A stretch of 63,883 bases of DNA, counting the filler, from Octopus bimaculoides (Eukaryota), in assembly GCF_001194135.2 (NCBI RefSeq). It is 3 parts of 3 records of this genome, joined end to end, with 100 filler letters (N's around TTAATTAATTAA, not from the genome) between each part and the next. Parts side by side here need not be neighbours in the genome. Positions count along the whole stretch, not along the records: positions 23,166 to 51,840 come from NC_068998.1; positions 51,941 to 63,883 come from NC_068985.1; 1 more part is not named here. One strand, 5' to 3'. Below are positions 39,841 to 53,835 of this stretch, one piece after another. Each line of letters starts with the position of its first letter. Within the stretch, counting starts at the first letter, position 1. Position numbers and translations under genes: made by a program. A model generated the notes under the pieces. It made no database searches. It had not been told where the DNA came from and saw only the letters and a program-made list of their open reading frames with translations.

Positions 39841-41355
39841 ACTGTTTCAATCTCGTAGACCATTTCTCATCTACACAATATGTACAGCAACAAACAGATG
39901 TAATTTTCCATTACTTTATAACCATTGAAAAGACAGTGAGGTAATTATATTGAATTCAATTAGGAATTTATTGTTAAAGAAAACTTCTCTTATTCGTTTG
40001 AAATAAAGCATAATTGAAACCCTACAATGTGAAAGATGAAGGTTCTATCGGTTCAATGACTCTCTCGAATTATTGAATAAACTAATTTCTGATAAACTAA
40101 TTTCAGCCAGTGTCAACATTGCCTACAATAAAACTATTTAATTTATTGGAAGAAATGGGACAGAGTAACTAAGTGCAATACAGAGACACAGAAAGGAATG
40201 AATAGATCGATATTCCGATCAAGTGAACCTTCTAACCATTGTGTTATATTTGTTGCTGAATATTCCTGAGCGACGCGTATTCTTAACGTATTTTACTAGA
40301 TGTAGCATGACGCAGGGTACGTCGATTGTGGTCCTCTGAATTGTAGATAATGTCCACCCAGTCTCCGTGTAGCGACGGCCTTATGAGTGTTAAGCAAACT
40401 CGTACACTAGTCGTCCATGATTCACCCTAATAATTTTCATTATTAATCGTTAAAACACAACATAGAGTAATATCTCTTAATACACAGTCAGAACAAAGTT
40501 TAAAATTACTGCCTTTTGTTTTCTTGTCTTATTGACGGTTTGAGGAAATGTTAAGAAATTCACGTTCAGCAATTGGGTGTTAATACCTATTACTCTATGT
40601 TATTATGTTTTAATGTATAATAATGGAAATCACTCGGGTGAATCGATTCGATTTCAGGGCCCCGCGTTTTTATGTCTTGGCAGTCCTGTTTAGCATAACC
40701 TCCAGTTGATCTAGGCACTGTGAGTTAAAATGGTTACCCGGATATTGAGTGGCAGTTCATTAGGACAGTGTCTATAATCCAGAGGACCAACATCCTCACA
40801 CACACATTGCGTTATTTTACATGGAATAGAATCTGTTGAGAATATGCGTCAATGAGGATTATGCCGTAAAAATTAATATATTGCAATGAATAGAGACTTC
40901 ATTTGATCAGCAAGTTTGAATACTCATCATCACAACCGACGGAAAACCTGTTCACTCATGTATGTCGTTCTGTATTGCTCTAAGTTATTCTGTCTTATTG
41001 CTTCCTGTCAATAATGAAGAAGCATTATGAATTATAAATCTCTAATGTTTTAAAGTACAAATATATTTGTTGTATGCAAAGTTGACGCTAACTGAAATTA
41101 GTTTATTAGAAAACCAATATAGTCGATAATTGGTGATAGCCATTGAACCGATAAAATCTTCAGCTTACATATTGTAGGGTTTCAATTATGTTATATTTCA
41201 AATGAATAAAAAAAAAAAAAATTCTTCAACAATAAATTCATAATTGAATTCACAATTACTGAACTGTTATTTTAATGATTAATAAAGTAATGGAAAATTA
41301 CATTTGCTAGTTGCTATTATTTTATGTACATGGGAAATAGAGGAGATTGAAACAG
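39841..41355. repeat. Long diverged inverted repeat: arms about 39841-40140 and 41062-41355, spacer about 920 bp
   Basis: Colinear blocks gatgtaattttccattacttta, cataattgaaaccctacaat, atcggttcaatg and ataaactaatttcag occur inverted in the right arm. Confidence 0.85.
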
Positions 41356-41697
41356 AGCATTTTTCCTCTTAAGACGTTATGTAATAAGACTATTTACTTT
41401 AGGGCGGTATTAATGTTATATGAGGTTTTCCTGTCTACAGAGTAATGTTACATTTCTATTCTAGGAGAGAATCTAATCTGCCTTCAGCCGTATTATTCTG
41501 GAAATTTTAGTAAGAACTTTCGCAAGTTTGCATTTGTTTCCCAAACAGATTTTAGTGCTTAAATATATATGGTACTAATGAAACATTACGTTCAATAGCA
41601 TTGGTTAGAAATATAAGCTTAATTTGACACATATTGTGTTCTTTTCTATTTTTCTATTGTATCAACTTCTTATTCAATACTGAGAATATTCAAAAGT

Positions 41698-41905
41698 GGA
41701 GAGCTGGCAGAAACGTGAGCACGCCGGGCGAAATGCTTAGCAGTATTTCGTCTGTCAACGTTCTGAGTTCAAATTCCGCCGAGGTCGACTTTGCCTTTCA
41801 CCCTTTTGGGGGTCAATAAATTAAATACCAGTTGCGTACTTGGGTCGATCTAATCGTCTGGCTCCCTCCCCTAAAATTTCGGGTCTTGTGCCTAGATTAG
41901 AAAAG
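41698..41905 (+). mobile_element. Family B SINE, full length, sense orientation, CpG-rich
   Basis: A box ctggcagaaacgtgag, B box gagttcaaattcc, body and tail present. Confidence 0.85.
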
Positions 41906-42989
41906 ATTGCTGAGAATATCCAGACAAATTATGGTAGCTAACCGTAATATTTAATGCTCATTTAAAACCACCAAAACTCGTTCACCGATGACATGTGATT
42001 CCCGTTCAGCTTTTGAATAATAATGCACTAATCTACTTATGATTTTCCTCTCATCGTATTTCTACAATACTTTTCATAAATATTTGTGCGTTAGTAAAGT
42101 CAATATTCACACCTGACATCCACAGATGTTTATATACAATGTCGTTTTTATCGTCGATCACTTTCTGTAAATCTCATTAAACTCGTATGAACTAGGCAGA
42201 ACAATATTCTACTTACAGACACATATATCACCATCATGGATAAGTGTGCTCATGTAAAGTATCGGCAAAATCTCAAATATTAAATTGCGTAATTCTACAA
42301 CAAACTTATTGTTTCCTCCCGACAGCTGGACTGAATCATCTTATTAATAATCAATCACAGATCATAATAGTTACCTATTTGGCACAGGCACACGAATATC
42401 AGGATGTATTTGAAATTTATGCGCTTCAATCGAATTTTACCATAGATGTTTGACAATGGCTTGCATGTTAAGGAGAACTAGTTTTTATTCTAATTGAATG
42501 TGCTCGAACGCGTTCCATTCCATATTGCAGCGATTTCATTTTAGAAACTTCACTTCAAATTATCTTTCTTCATTTCTTCTTCGTTAAGTATTTAAGAAAT
42601 TCATCACTAAGTTTTGAATTTAAAACGTTTCGTGTTTCAGCAAGCAGATACTTTAATACACACACTCAGATACGTGATTACTAGAAACTGGAATATCTAC
42701 AACTATGATATTAATTTAGTGTAATATTTCATTGACAGCTACTTAGACATGGATGTAATTGAAATTCGTAATCACTTCAAAATACAAAACTAGAACTATT
42801 CATAGGATTGTATTAAATAATTATATTGCAATGACAGCAAAGAATTGTAATACACCAACATACTACGATTTTAAATACAGTAGTGTATTAAACGTGGTGC
42901 TCCACCGTGGCCGTATTGAAATGACTGAAACAAGTGAAAGAATATAAATTTATGTGTGTGTGAGTGCGTGTGTGCGTGTATGTGTGTGA

Positions 42990-43050
<61 letters not shown>

Positions 43051-43735
43051 TACTCAATATGTATAGAAACTATTTGTTCTAGAAATTATACCTTGAATAT
43101 TTTTTAACGTACTGGATAATCACGTCGTGCAGAAACTCGACTGACGAAAACGTAATATAACACTAGATGACCGCAGCTTGAGAGCTTTTATCAGAAAACT
43201 GCTAAAATAATTCACGAAGCTTTGGAATCTCGATAGATATCACTCGTTATAGATAAAAGGCAAATGAAATGGATTATCAAAATTGTGTTTGAGACGAAAT
43301 AACATTCGGTACTTCGTTGCCGAAAATTCTCTTCATGTTTTCAGCTTCGCAAGGACGAATTTGCCTTTCATCTTTCCATTTCACTAAAATAAGATATCAC
43401 TTATATAATGGCGTCCATTATATGGATTATGTTTTCTTAAAATTCTGTAACGCTCCATGAAGTTTAGCTATTAATAAATGATTCTAGATTCAGTGTAGCC
43501 CGTTAATCTAGATACAAAAAATTAAACATAAAATGACATGTGCATACACACACACACACACACACGCACGCAAACACATGCATATACACACACACGTGTG
43601 CAGACACACATATAGACACATGTGTGCATACACACGCGAACACTTGTATACATGCAGACACACATGCATCCATATGTATCTATTATCACTCTTTATATAT
43701 ATCTCAGTCTGTATGTATGTATTGTATATGTATAC

Positions 43736-43790
<55 letters not shown>

Positions 43791-45501
43791 TATATGTATA
43801 TATATGCATATATCAAACTGAAGTAATATGTTAACTATGAATATTTTACTTACAAACAGTCAAGTATCTAACTGAATGTATTACATATTCTGATTTTTGA
43901 AGAATCAAATACTTTCGACACAGAATCTTAGAGTTAAATTATGTTTGTCTTCGTAGGAAAATAAAAATAAAAAAAAACAACATATAATATTTATCGAATG
44001 AGAAATGAAAGTACACCTTCTGAAGACGTGAGTTAGAAATGAAATCTCTATAAACCAGAAGAGAAACCGAATTAGTAACATTATATAAAACAAAATTAAG
44101 CTTTACACCTGTTCCAGGTTTGTACGTATTATATGTCTTCTGAAGGCATATAACTGTTTCTATGTTACACCTGATTTGTTTTTTATTTTAGTCTTTGCGT
44201 CTGAGTTTGTTATGCGAGTGCATCGTGGACCTGGTTTATTTCCATGTTTTCATAGCATTAAGGTGTGCTCGAGCAGAAACAGATTCTTCTGGAAAAATGT
44301 CCTCAATAACAAAAAATAGTTTACCGTATATATTTGAATGGTATTTGTTAAATAGTTGCATAATGGTCCTTTCTACATGATACTAATTCTGACTTTTCTT
44401 GGAAAAGCTCCTTGTATTTACCTATTGGTGAACAGATTCAATATTTTAATTTCGACTCATAAGTTGTTGCAATGTTACAGACGGACATATCAACGAACTG
44501 TGAAATCCATTATTTTCTACTCAATCAACAGAAATAGTGATACAGGATTTCCATTTTCATTATTTCTTCTGAAAGAGTAGATGTGTTACGAGTGTCTACA
44601 TTTCAACCAGTTTTATATCTTTCTCTCCCACTGTTTCTCTCTCGCTCTCTACCTCTCATTCTCTTTCAATTCTTCCGATAGTTGCACAAATCAAAAACTT
44701 GCCATTGAGCAAACAGGATATTTGATTAGCTACAGTCGAAAACTGGTCTTGCGAATAGCTTGTTCCTATATATTCATTTAGCTCTATTGCTGCGAGCTAT
44801 CAACATGACGTTGTTTTTCATACAACTAGAGATAAGTTTCAAGAAGATTTTATTGAACAACTTGTTGTACTTGAAGTTAATGGGGATATATTCTATGACC
44901 GCTAAGAAAATTCTGACTCTATTGCTTATTACAATTCATGCTAAAGTGAGTATTAAACCAAATTAGTTTTCTTTTTCCTGGACTTGTTATTCTGAACGCT
45001 TTTGCTCTGTGATATATTTGAATTTATATGTTATTTCTCTTCGAATATCATTACATTAGTGAGAAGAACAATAACATATACCTCGTTGAGAAGCTAAACA
45101 AACATCGCTGCCATATACATGAATATCATTTCCTATGTTATGGAAGCGGTTTAAAAATATAAACCAATCTGAAATCAATTATATGGTGAGGAAATATCAA
45201 TATTAGTCAATGATTAGTACGATTGTAATTATATCCACAAGTACGGAAGGTAAATTCGGATACATTTTTGTTGTAATATGACGTCATCAGGAACGATAGG
45301 AACATTTATTACATGTATAAGAGAGTAACGTATATTAATACGTGCTGATGAGTTGTTCGGAAAGATTTTAGAGGAGACATTGAGAAAATACAACAGTAAG
45401 TTAATAAATTATTAATGATCGGGTGTCATTCCATTCGGAATTTTAAGATGTACCTAACGCACGTATGCACACATACACACATGTACAGATATGCCATGAC
45501 A

Positions 45502-45962
45502 CACGAGGGTGTGATGAGAAGTTCCTGGCTTCGAGTAAAAGAAAATACAGGAGGATCAGTCAATTACGATGTTATTCAACATATTCGCCTCATAGATTCA
45601 CACACAAATTGCACCGGTCCTTCAGTTTTCTTAAGCCCTCTCCAACCAGGCATTTTGCGAAACCCTTACAGCCAGGACCTTACCATCACCCGTCGTATAC
45701 TCCGATCCTGGAGTGTCGTGCCAACCTTAGAATCATGGCTGAAGTCCTCCTCCTAAAAGTTTCGTAAAACCGTGATTCCGTTTCAATTTCCTCTAATGTT
45801 ACGAAACAGCACCCCCTCCGCAACGTTGTACTTTGTCACAAACAGCAACGTCTTTAGGGATGTAGGACCAGGTTTGTTATCATGATGCAAAAGCCAATTA
45901 CAGTTGCAGCACTGTTTCCCGCTGCTAGAAGGTGGTAGGGGTTCATTCCACACTGCTCGCAA
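45502..45962 (-). mobile_element. Mariner-type transposon 3' part with TIR remnant
   Basis: Minus frame WLLHHDNKP..TSLKT resembles the conserved LHHDNAP motif. Left end cacgagggtgtgatgagaagttcc resembles a mariner TIR. Confidence 0.6.
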
Positions 45963-47097
45963 TATATGTGTGTGTGTGTGTGTTTGTGTGTTGTGTTTAT
46001 TTGTGTGTGCACTCAAGCGTATGGTGTGTCTATGTATATATTAATACATATTAATATATATATATATATANNNNNNNNNNNNNNNNNNNNNNNNNNNNNN
46101 NNNNNNNNNNNNNNNNNNNNNNNNNNNNNNNNNNNNNNNNNNNNNNNNNNNNNNNNNNNNNNNNNNNNNNNNNNNNNNNNNNNNNNNNNNNNNNNNNNNN
46201 NNNNNNNNNNNNNNNNNNNNNNNNNNNNNNNNNNNNNNNNNNNNNNNNNNNNNNNNNNNNNNNNNNNNNNNNNNNNNNNNNNNNNNNNNNNNNNNNNNNN
46301 NNNNNNNNNNNNNNNNNNNNNNNNNNNNNNNNNNNNNNNNNNNNNNNNNNNNNNNNNNNNNNNNNNNNNNNNNNNNNNNNNNNNNNNNNNNNNNNNNNNN
46401 NNNNNNNNNNNNNNNNNNNNNNNNNNNNNNNNNNNNNNNNNNNNNNNNNNNNNNNNNNNNNNNNNNNNNNNNNNNNNNNNNNNNNNNNNNNNNNNNNNNN
46501 NNNNNNNNNNNNNNNNNNNNNNNNNNNNNNNNNNNNNNNNNNNNNNNNNNNNNNNNNNNNNNNNNNNNNNNNNNNNNNNNNNNNNNNNNNNNNNNNNNNN
46601 NNNNNNNNNNNNNNNNNNNNNNNNNNNNNNNNNNNNNNNNNNNNNNNNNNNNNNNNNNNNNNNNNNNNNNNNNNNNNNNNNNNNNNNNNNNNNNNNNNNN
46701 NNNNNNNNNNNNNNNNNNNNNNNNNNNNNNNNNNNNNNNNNNNNNNNNNNNNNNNNNNNNNNNNNNNNNNNNNNNNNNNNNNNNNNNNNNNNNNNNNNNN
46801 NNNNNNNNNNNNNNNNNNNNNNNNNNNNNNNNNNNNNNNNNNNNNNNTATATATCCTTTATATTATATATATTGTATAATTGATGAAGAAAGTGAGGAGG
46901 TATGGGGGTAATATATCTTATACACCCCCAATGAAATAATCGTCACCAACTGGTTTTATTGGATTTTTATCTGCATCAGATTATACATTTCAGTCCGTTG
47001 TTTTGTTCCGGTTTACTATGCGGTTTGTAACCTGATCCATTAAGGGAGCTTTTTCTGAGTACTACTGGATTAGTCAAAGCCGTATATTGTGCTTTGA

Positions 47098-47174
<77 letters not shown>

Positions 47175-47232
47175 AAGTAAAAATGCTAGTTGCAAAATCT
47201 CTCCAAGAGATCACCGCTGTAGTTGCACTGAC

Positions 47233-47405
47233 AAGTAATATTCATGGCCACTTCAACATGGCTTTCCGATCGAACGGACGCTACTGCGATTTTTTTTAGC
47301 CCTAGAGATTTCCTTTTGCAGGTTAACGATGTCCTCTTGGGGTTAAAACATCGCAGCAGTGTCCGTTCGAACGGACAGCCGTTGAAGTAGCTACGAATAT
47401 TACTT
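47233..47405. repeat. Imperfect palindrome, about 75-bp arms, each carrying a nested 16-bp palindrome
   Basis: aagtaatattcatggccacttcaac...ttccgatcgaacggacgctactgcga pairs with tcgcagcagtgtccgttcgaacggacagccgttgaagtagctacgaatattactt. Confidence 0.8.
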
Positions 47406-48084
47406 ATATNNNNNNNNNNNNNNNNNNNNNNNNNNNNNNNNNNNNNNNNNNNNNNNNNNNNNNNNNNNNNNNNNNNNNNNNNNNNNTATATATATATATA
47501 TATATATGTACATATATGCCCAGGCGTTGCGCGTGTATGTGCTAGAAGCCTGCTTCCCAACCACATGGTTCTAGGTTTACTCCCTTGAACAGGCCTTGTG
47601 AATGCATTGGGTTTGCTTTCTAAATACTATTGACCAATTTTAAATATTATTGGAACTTAATCAAAAGGTACGAGGAATCTTATATGTATACCATTCTGCC
47701 TTAATAATGGAACTGAAGATACAGTATCCCTGCATATCTCACGTCTGTTTTCATTCCTCCACTTCACTCTCTATATCATATCTTATCTGGAATAACTATT
47801 GCTTAACCATCTCCTCACACCGTCTCCGATGAAGGGATATTATGAAATATCACAGAAACAACTGCATGACCCTCTATTTATAAATGTTCGGAAATCTTTC
47901 ACTGCCTCGGATTTTTATCTCATCCTGTTAATTTTTTTTATATATACACATCTTTCAGAAGAGTAAAGTACAATGTAAATATGGTTTTAGCGGGGATTAT
48001 GTTTAGTATGCTCAATGCGTCACGTGGTGACATCTGGAGAATAACGGCATACATACAAGTACGAGAATTATATAATCAATAGTC

Positions 48085-48292
48085 ATTCCTACTGAAACCA
48101 CAAGACCTGGAATTTAAGTGCAGGGGGATAGTCGGTCACATCGAACCCAGTACCTGACTGGTACTTAATTTATCGGCCCCGAAAGGATGAAAGGCAAAGT
48201 CGACCTCGGCGGACTCAGAAGGTTGTGGCTGACAAAATACCGCTAAGCATTTCGCCTGGTGTGCTAACCATTCTGCCACCTCGCCACCTTAA
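48085..48292 (-). mobile_element. Family B SINE, CpG-rich copy
   Basis: tttatcggccccgaaaggatgaaaggcaaagtcgacctcggcgg...ataccgctaagcatttcgcc. Confidence 0.85.
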
Positions 48293-49673
48293 CTATATGA
48301 TTGATAATGATTTTATGCTGTATTTGCCACAAATGTTTGTTGGTTGTGTATAAGTGACGTGGAAATAAGAGAATACTATTATTGATTTGCTTTCAAATTC
48401 ACTCTTATTACGAATAATGCTACTGGAAAGTAACCTGATAATCTATTTGCTTTATTAATATATTTAGTTAAAAAAAAAAATCCTATGAGAATTGTAATTA
48501 AATTTAACTCTTTCGAACGTAAATAAATCCTTTCTACCCGAAATTATGTTTTTGCGTGTTAAAATAACTCATGCAGAGAATTTATAATGACAGTATGATT
48601 TTGGCTTTATTCTTCGAAAGTCACAGCACTGCTATTCAACTGGAAGTGTTGATTCCTAAATGGAATAATGTTAAATAATTGCTTGATGAAATTTTAAGAA
48701 CAAAATATATGCAATATAAAAAAAAAAATAAGTGAATAATAAATATGTCAGGGCATTTGCAATTCATTTGTCAACAAAACATGGCTGATAGTGTTTAAAA
48801 ATATCATCATTGTTTAAAATAGCACAATCGAGAGAGCATTGTAGTGGCAATAATCAGGAACAGTTTTGCAAAATTAGAACTAATAGATACCCCAGTAATA
48901 CTGTACTAAATTATGTTTTATAGGGTCTAAGATATTCGTGAGAGATATACTCGGTGAAGTAGATAACAATATATGACTTTAATTATTGCCGACGAATAAA
49001 CTGATACAATCAACAAAGAATAATTTTGTTCTAGTATATCTATTATAAATATTCATTTCTATTCGAGTGATATTTTTTTTTTGCAACCTGAAGGTCTACA
49101 CTAAAAATTCGGGTTCGGGGCTACGTAGGTCGAATCGATGCTCAAATGGGAAATTTAATTTGTTACTAGAACAAAGTCTTGGACAGCCTACACAATTTGT
49201 CAAAATCACAGCAAGCAACTAAAATGTCATCAACAAATGAACGGAGAAAGGCTGAAATTCCTACACAGGCTTTGAAAGATATTAAAAAGGAATATTAATT
49301 TGTGCTCCTCTCTGATGATTTTGTACGGAAGGCATTGACATAACACTTTGATTTAGAACTAATATTACGACTGAATCCAAATATTGAAATGGGAATTGAG
49401 AAGTACCATTAGAGAGCTGTGTATTTTGAGGCAGTACATTTGATAAATATCCTTTTTTATTGACCAACACTTTGATCAAGCGAATTACGAAGCTATATTT
49501 AAGGCTGGTGACATTGTATCGGAAGGCGATTAAGAAAGAGAGCGTGCCAACCGAAAAAAGTGAAAGAATGACACATCGGTTATATTGACATTCATTATTT
49601 GATAGCATCAATTTTGGGAATTAAAGTTTCTATCAGAGAAGGAAAGCGAGCGAAGGAGAGAATGACGATGGAG

Positions 49674-49754
<81 letters not shown>

Positions 49755-50734
49755 GAGAGAGGGAGAGAGAGGGAGAGAAAGAAAGAAAGAAAGAGAGAGT
49801 GAGAAACCACTATTTCATGATTGATCGATAAAATTAATATATATATATATATACATACATACAATCGTGACATCTAGAGATTAGTAAAATTTGCCAACTT
49901 TTGCTGGTAAATCCTGTAACATCTGCTGGTATTTCCGAACAAAACTTTTCTCAAGCAAGGTGATTAAAGACGTGTGTTAGGTCAAGAACGACAAAAGAAT
50001 GATTATATTCTCTGTTGCACAAGAGATTAACTTTTCGTTTGGTTAAATACTAACACTCAAAATATCACTGAAGGCGTTTCTGGTAAACTTTTTCCTTCCC
50101 AAACCTGGAAAGGTAAAGATTGGTATTTTATACTTACAATGACTTTTAACAATAACTGCTCAGCTGTGTCATTGCAATCACCAGATACATGTGTTATTGT
50201 AATAACCATCACTGTATTTCACCAAGCAGTTTCTATGAAACTAACTACGACTTTTGTTTTAATATTAGCGACACTGCACATAGGAAATTTGAGGCAGTAC
50301 TAAAACTACCATTGAGTTATGAAAGGCTATTGTCAACGGCTTGGTTTGTCAAAGAACCTCCGAGTTCGTTCACAGGGTTTAGAAAAAGTGAAGGATAGTT
50401 CCAAAAACAATGTGAATCTGAGTGGGGAATATGTTGAATAAAATCATAATTAACTGATTCTTCTGTATTTCTTTTACCCAAATCCAGGACTTTCTCAGCA
50501 CCCCTTCCTTAAAATATTCTTTATTTGTGGGTTAAAATGTTTGCTATGGGTATGTCACATAGCCTGTCACATCAGAGTTGGTGCTTATCTTCATCTTGGA
50601 TGAGCATTCATTGTCACTGTTCACTATTAGCGTGCACACACACACAAACACACACACACACATGTGTGTGTGAGTGAGTGCGTGTGTAAAGAGATATGTA
50701 GTTTGAATACACACACACACACACACCCACACCC

Positions 50735-50855
<121 letters not shown>

Positions 50856-50992
50856 ATGTCCATGTATATACATCTATATAACTTTATCTATCTATTTCCA
50901 ATCTACATGTATATATCCACACACAAATATATATCTACAATGAAAGGACGAATCCTACAATAATAATTTTTCTGTCGACTGTGCAAAGCTAT

Positions 50993-51032
<40 letters not shown>

Positions 51033-51884
51033 TCACTCTCTCTGTTCTCCCCACCTCTCTCTCCGGTATGTTCTTAAACCCACGCTGTCTTGCCATGCCG
51101 AACTTTACCCATCTTCTAAAATATTTAAATCGGATTTTCTTTTGAATATGTATAGGAATATTTTGCGGTGTCTGACCCGAAGGCGTCTGACTCCAGGTGT
51201 ACGCAGCAATTAGTAGAGATAAATTATCAATGGCCTCTCTCGGAAGACCGTACTGTCTTGAAACAGGAATAATCCAGAAGACGTCAGAAAATAATTGCGG
51301 GAAATGTGTATTATGGACTTTCTTTGATCGAACAACTACAACAACAATAACTGCAAATGGAACGGAAATACGATAAAAACAATTACAACGACAAGAACAC
51401 GTCTTCTACCTTTTGTACGTAATAAAACTAATTTCAGCGTAATCTTTGCATCGCTCTATGGGAAAATGGTGTAACCTCTTTGCGTATATAAACGTGGGAA
51501 CAGTTTGCGCAATCAAGAATCCTACCGATAATAGCGAGGTTAGATAACTGGATTGAAAGAAAGAGCGAAAGGTAGATCAATATTTCCAGCAATATCTGTG
51601 AGCAGTTGGCTTTCTGAATTTCTCAGATGTTGATCACGATTAACGTTTGATGTTATTAGGAGCAGTAAGATTCGCAGATGGGGCAAATAATTTACATTAA
51701 GAAGTTATTATTTGCAAGCCTGATGTGAGGAGATAGATTCATACAATCATACAGACATACATGCGTACATATATATTTTATATATAGATGTGTGTGTGTG
51801 TGTTTGTACATACATATATATATATATATATGTATATATANNNNNNNNNNNNNNNNNNNNNNNNNNNNNNNNNNNNNNNNNNNN

Positions 51885-51896
51885 TTAATTAATTAA
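51885..51896. other. Assembly linker TTAATTAATTAA inside a 100-bp gap
   Basis: 44 N on each side, as at 23110. Confidence 0.92.
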
Positions 51897-51940
51897 NNNN
51901 NNNNNNNNNNNNNNNNNNNNNNNNNNNNNNNNNNNNNNNN

Positions 51941-52243
51941 TGATAGTGACTCCGCAATTAGGGCAAGGTCATCAGCATAGAGGAGCTCCCAGGGGCAACC
52001 TGTCTTGAACTCCTCTGTGATTGCCTGGAGGACTATGGTAAATAATAGGGGGCTGAGGACGGAACCTTGGTGGACCCCTACCTCTACCCGGAATTCATTG
52101 CTGTACTCATTTCCAACCCTCACCTTACTGGCCGCATCTCTGTACATGGCTCGCACAGCTCTCACTAGCCATTCTTCTATCCCAAGTTTCCTCATTGACC
52201 ACCAGATAAGGGATCGGGGGACCCTGTCAAAGGCTTTCTCCAT
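51941..52243 (-). mobile_element. Non-LTR retrotransposon (RTE-like LINE) reverse transcriptase fragment
   Basis: Translation EKAFDRVPR...GVHQGSVLSPLLF...ELLYADDLAL contains canonical RT motifs. Truncated by a gap and a microsatellite. Confidence 0.92.
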
Positions 52244-52624
52244 ATGTGTGTGTATATATATATCTGTGTGTATTTATATGTATGTGTGTGTGTATATATA
52301 TGCATGTGTGTGTGTATATATATGCATGTATGTGTTTGTATATATATATATTCCATTACTTCTGAATGTTTTCTTGTTCATCCTAGTAGCTGTTTTACTT
52401 TATTGCATGTGTATGATTAAGATAATGTTGTTAAATTTGACATTCAATTTCCATAAATCAACTAGTGTATATTTTTTTTTATTCCAAATTCTTCCTTTTT
52501 TTTTTTTTAAATACTATTTTTCAATTGGACATTATTTCTAAAATGAAAATGAAACACACAGACACGAGCACGTACACACTCGTATAATGTTTGTTACTGT
52601 ATTATTCGAGATTGATATTTAAAT

Positions 52625-52647
52625 ATGAGTCGCAGCAAAGCCTTCTG
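52625..52647 (+). CDS. Candidate first coding exon of gene R, MSRSKAF+TG (phase 2)
   Basis: ATG at the end of the CpG-retaining domain, donor CTG|GTAATA. Joins in frame to 54739. Confidence 0.3.
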
Positions 52648-53534
52648 GTAATAATTTTTTTTTTTTTTAAATATTGATAACTCATTAAAAAAAACAAAGA
52701 AAGAAATAAAATTTAACCATTTTTATCAGTTTTCAATTATCATATTGGTTGGCAGTTAGAACAGCAGTAATAGTTCACCATTTCACTGGATGGATTCTGT
52801 GACCCAGTTTCAAATCTCATCTGAAATGCCTTCATTAATGGACCTTACAAAAGGTCCATTAATGCCATGACTTTCCATTCTCTCTTCTAACTTTTGGGCT
52901 TCATGTTTAAAGCTTTCATTGTTTTTGTTTCTGCTGTTTCAGAAATGTAAAACATGCAGCCATGGATATGAAGTTTTGGTATTTGTAGGAATTGATGGAA
53001 TGGTATTATTGATTGGCTGTTTTCATCTCTGCTTGTGTGTGTGTGTGTGTGTAAATGAACTACCTTGCTTAAAACTATGGCTATTGTTAAATATTTCTTT
53101 TGTCTTAACATAATTTTTTTTTTAACCGACTTTAGTTACATTCCTTTTAAGACAAACNNNNNNNNNNGTTAATCAAATGACCATTGTCCATCTCTTTCTT
53201 TATTACTATTCCTTATATTTTCTCCCCTACCCCCTCTTCTTCTCTTTCCTGCTAACCTCTATTTCTGTCATACTCTTGCAACCTCTATCCACTGATTCTG
53301 ATTCTTCTGTTGTCATTCTATCCCCTCTTCTTTTCAACTTCTCAGTTTGAGTGAACAAGTACATTCTACTCTCACTAATTACCAAGGCTCCTTTAGTGCT
53401 AGCAGCACAGAAAAATGCACCCAATACATAGTGGTTGGAAAATGGGTGGAGACAGTGTCAGGTCAAAAGAATCCTTTAGACTTATCAAAGAAATGACAAA
53501 TTCTTCTCTAATGTCATGATAAAATGTTGTTGTT

Positions 53535-53835
53535 GTTGTTGTTTGTTCCTTCTCGAGCCATGCCTGGCTCATAAGGGCTGGTTTCTCAGTTTCATTGACA
53601 TATAGGTTCCCCACCTGGGTAGGACACCAGTCCATCACAGATGGGCTGCTAGATGCAGGAGGAAAGAGAGAAAGTTGTGGCGAAAGAGGCAGAAGTTTGC
53701 ATCCTCTTTTACCAGAGTCATGTGGAGCTTTGATGTTTCACTCATAAACACACACATCGCCTGGTCTGAGATTCAAACCCGTGATCCCTCAACTGCGAGT
53801 TTGCTGCTCCAACCACTAGGCCATGTACCTCCAGA
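53535..53835 (-). mobile_element. tRNA-derived SINE related to family A
   Basis: Reverse complement carries a tggcctagtggttgg A box and gggtttgaatc B box, and a body similar to 1503-1813. Confidence 0.65.

Noticed and set aside
44192-44945. Exon-like stretches (VFASEFVMRVHRGPG..., SIAASYQHDVVFHTTRDKFQEDFIEQ...)
   Set aside because: Stops or weak donors, and they could not be chained into a consistent model.
50030-50303. About 90-codon open frame ending in signal-peptide-like MKLTTTFVLILATLHIG, and minus-strand GDCNDTAEQLLLKVI resembling a Cys-loop receptor N-terminus
   Set aside because: No usable donor or acceptor arrangement (the implied intron is 33 nt) and no further receptor motifs.
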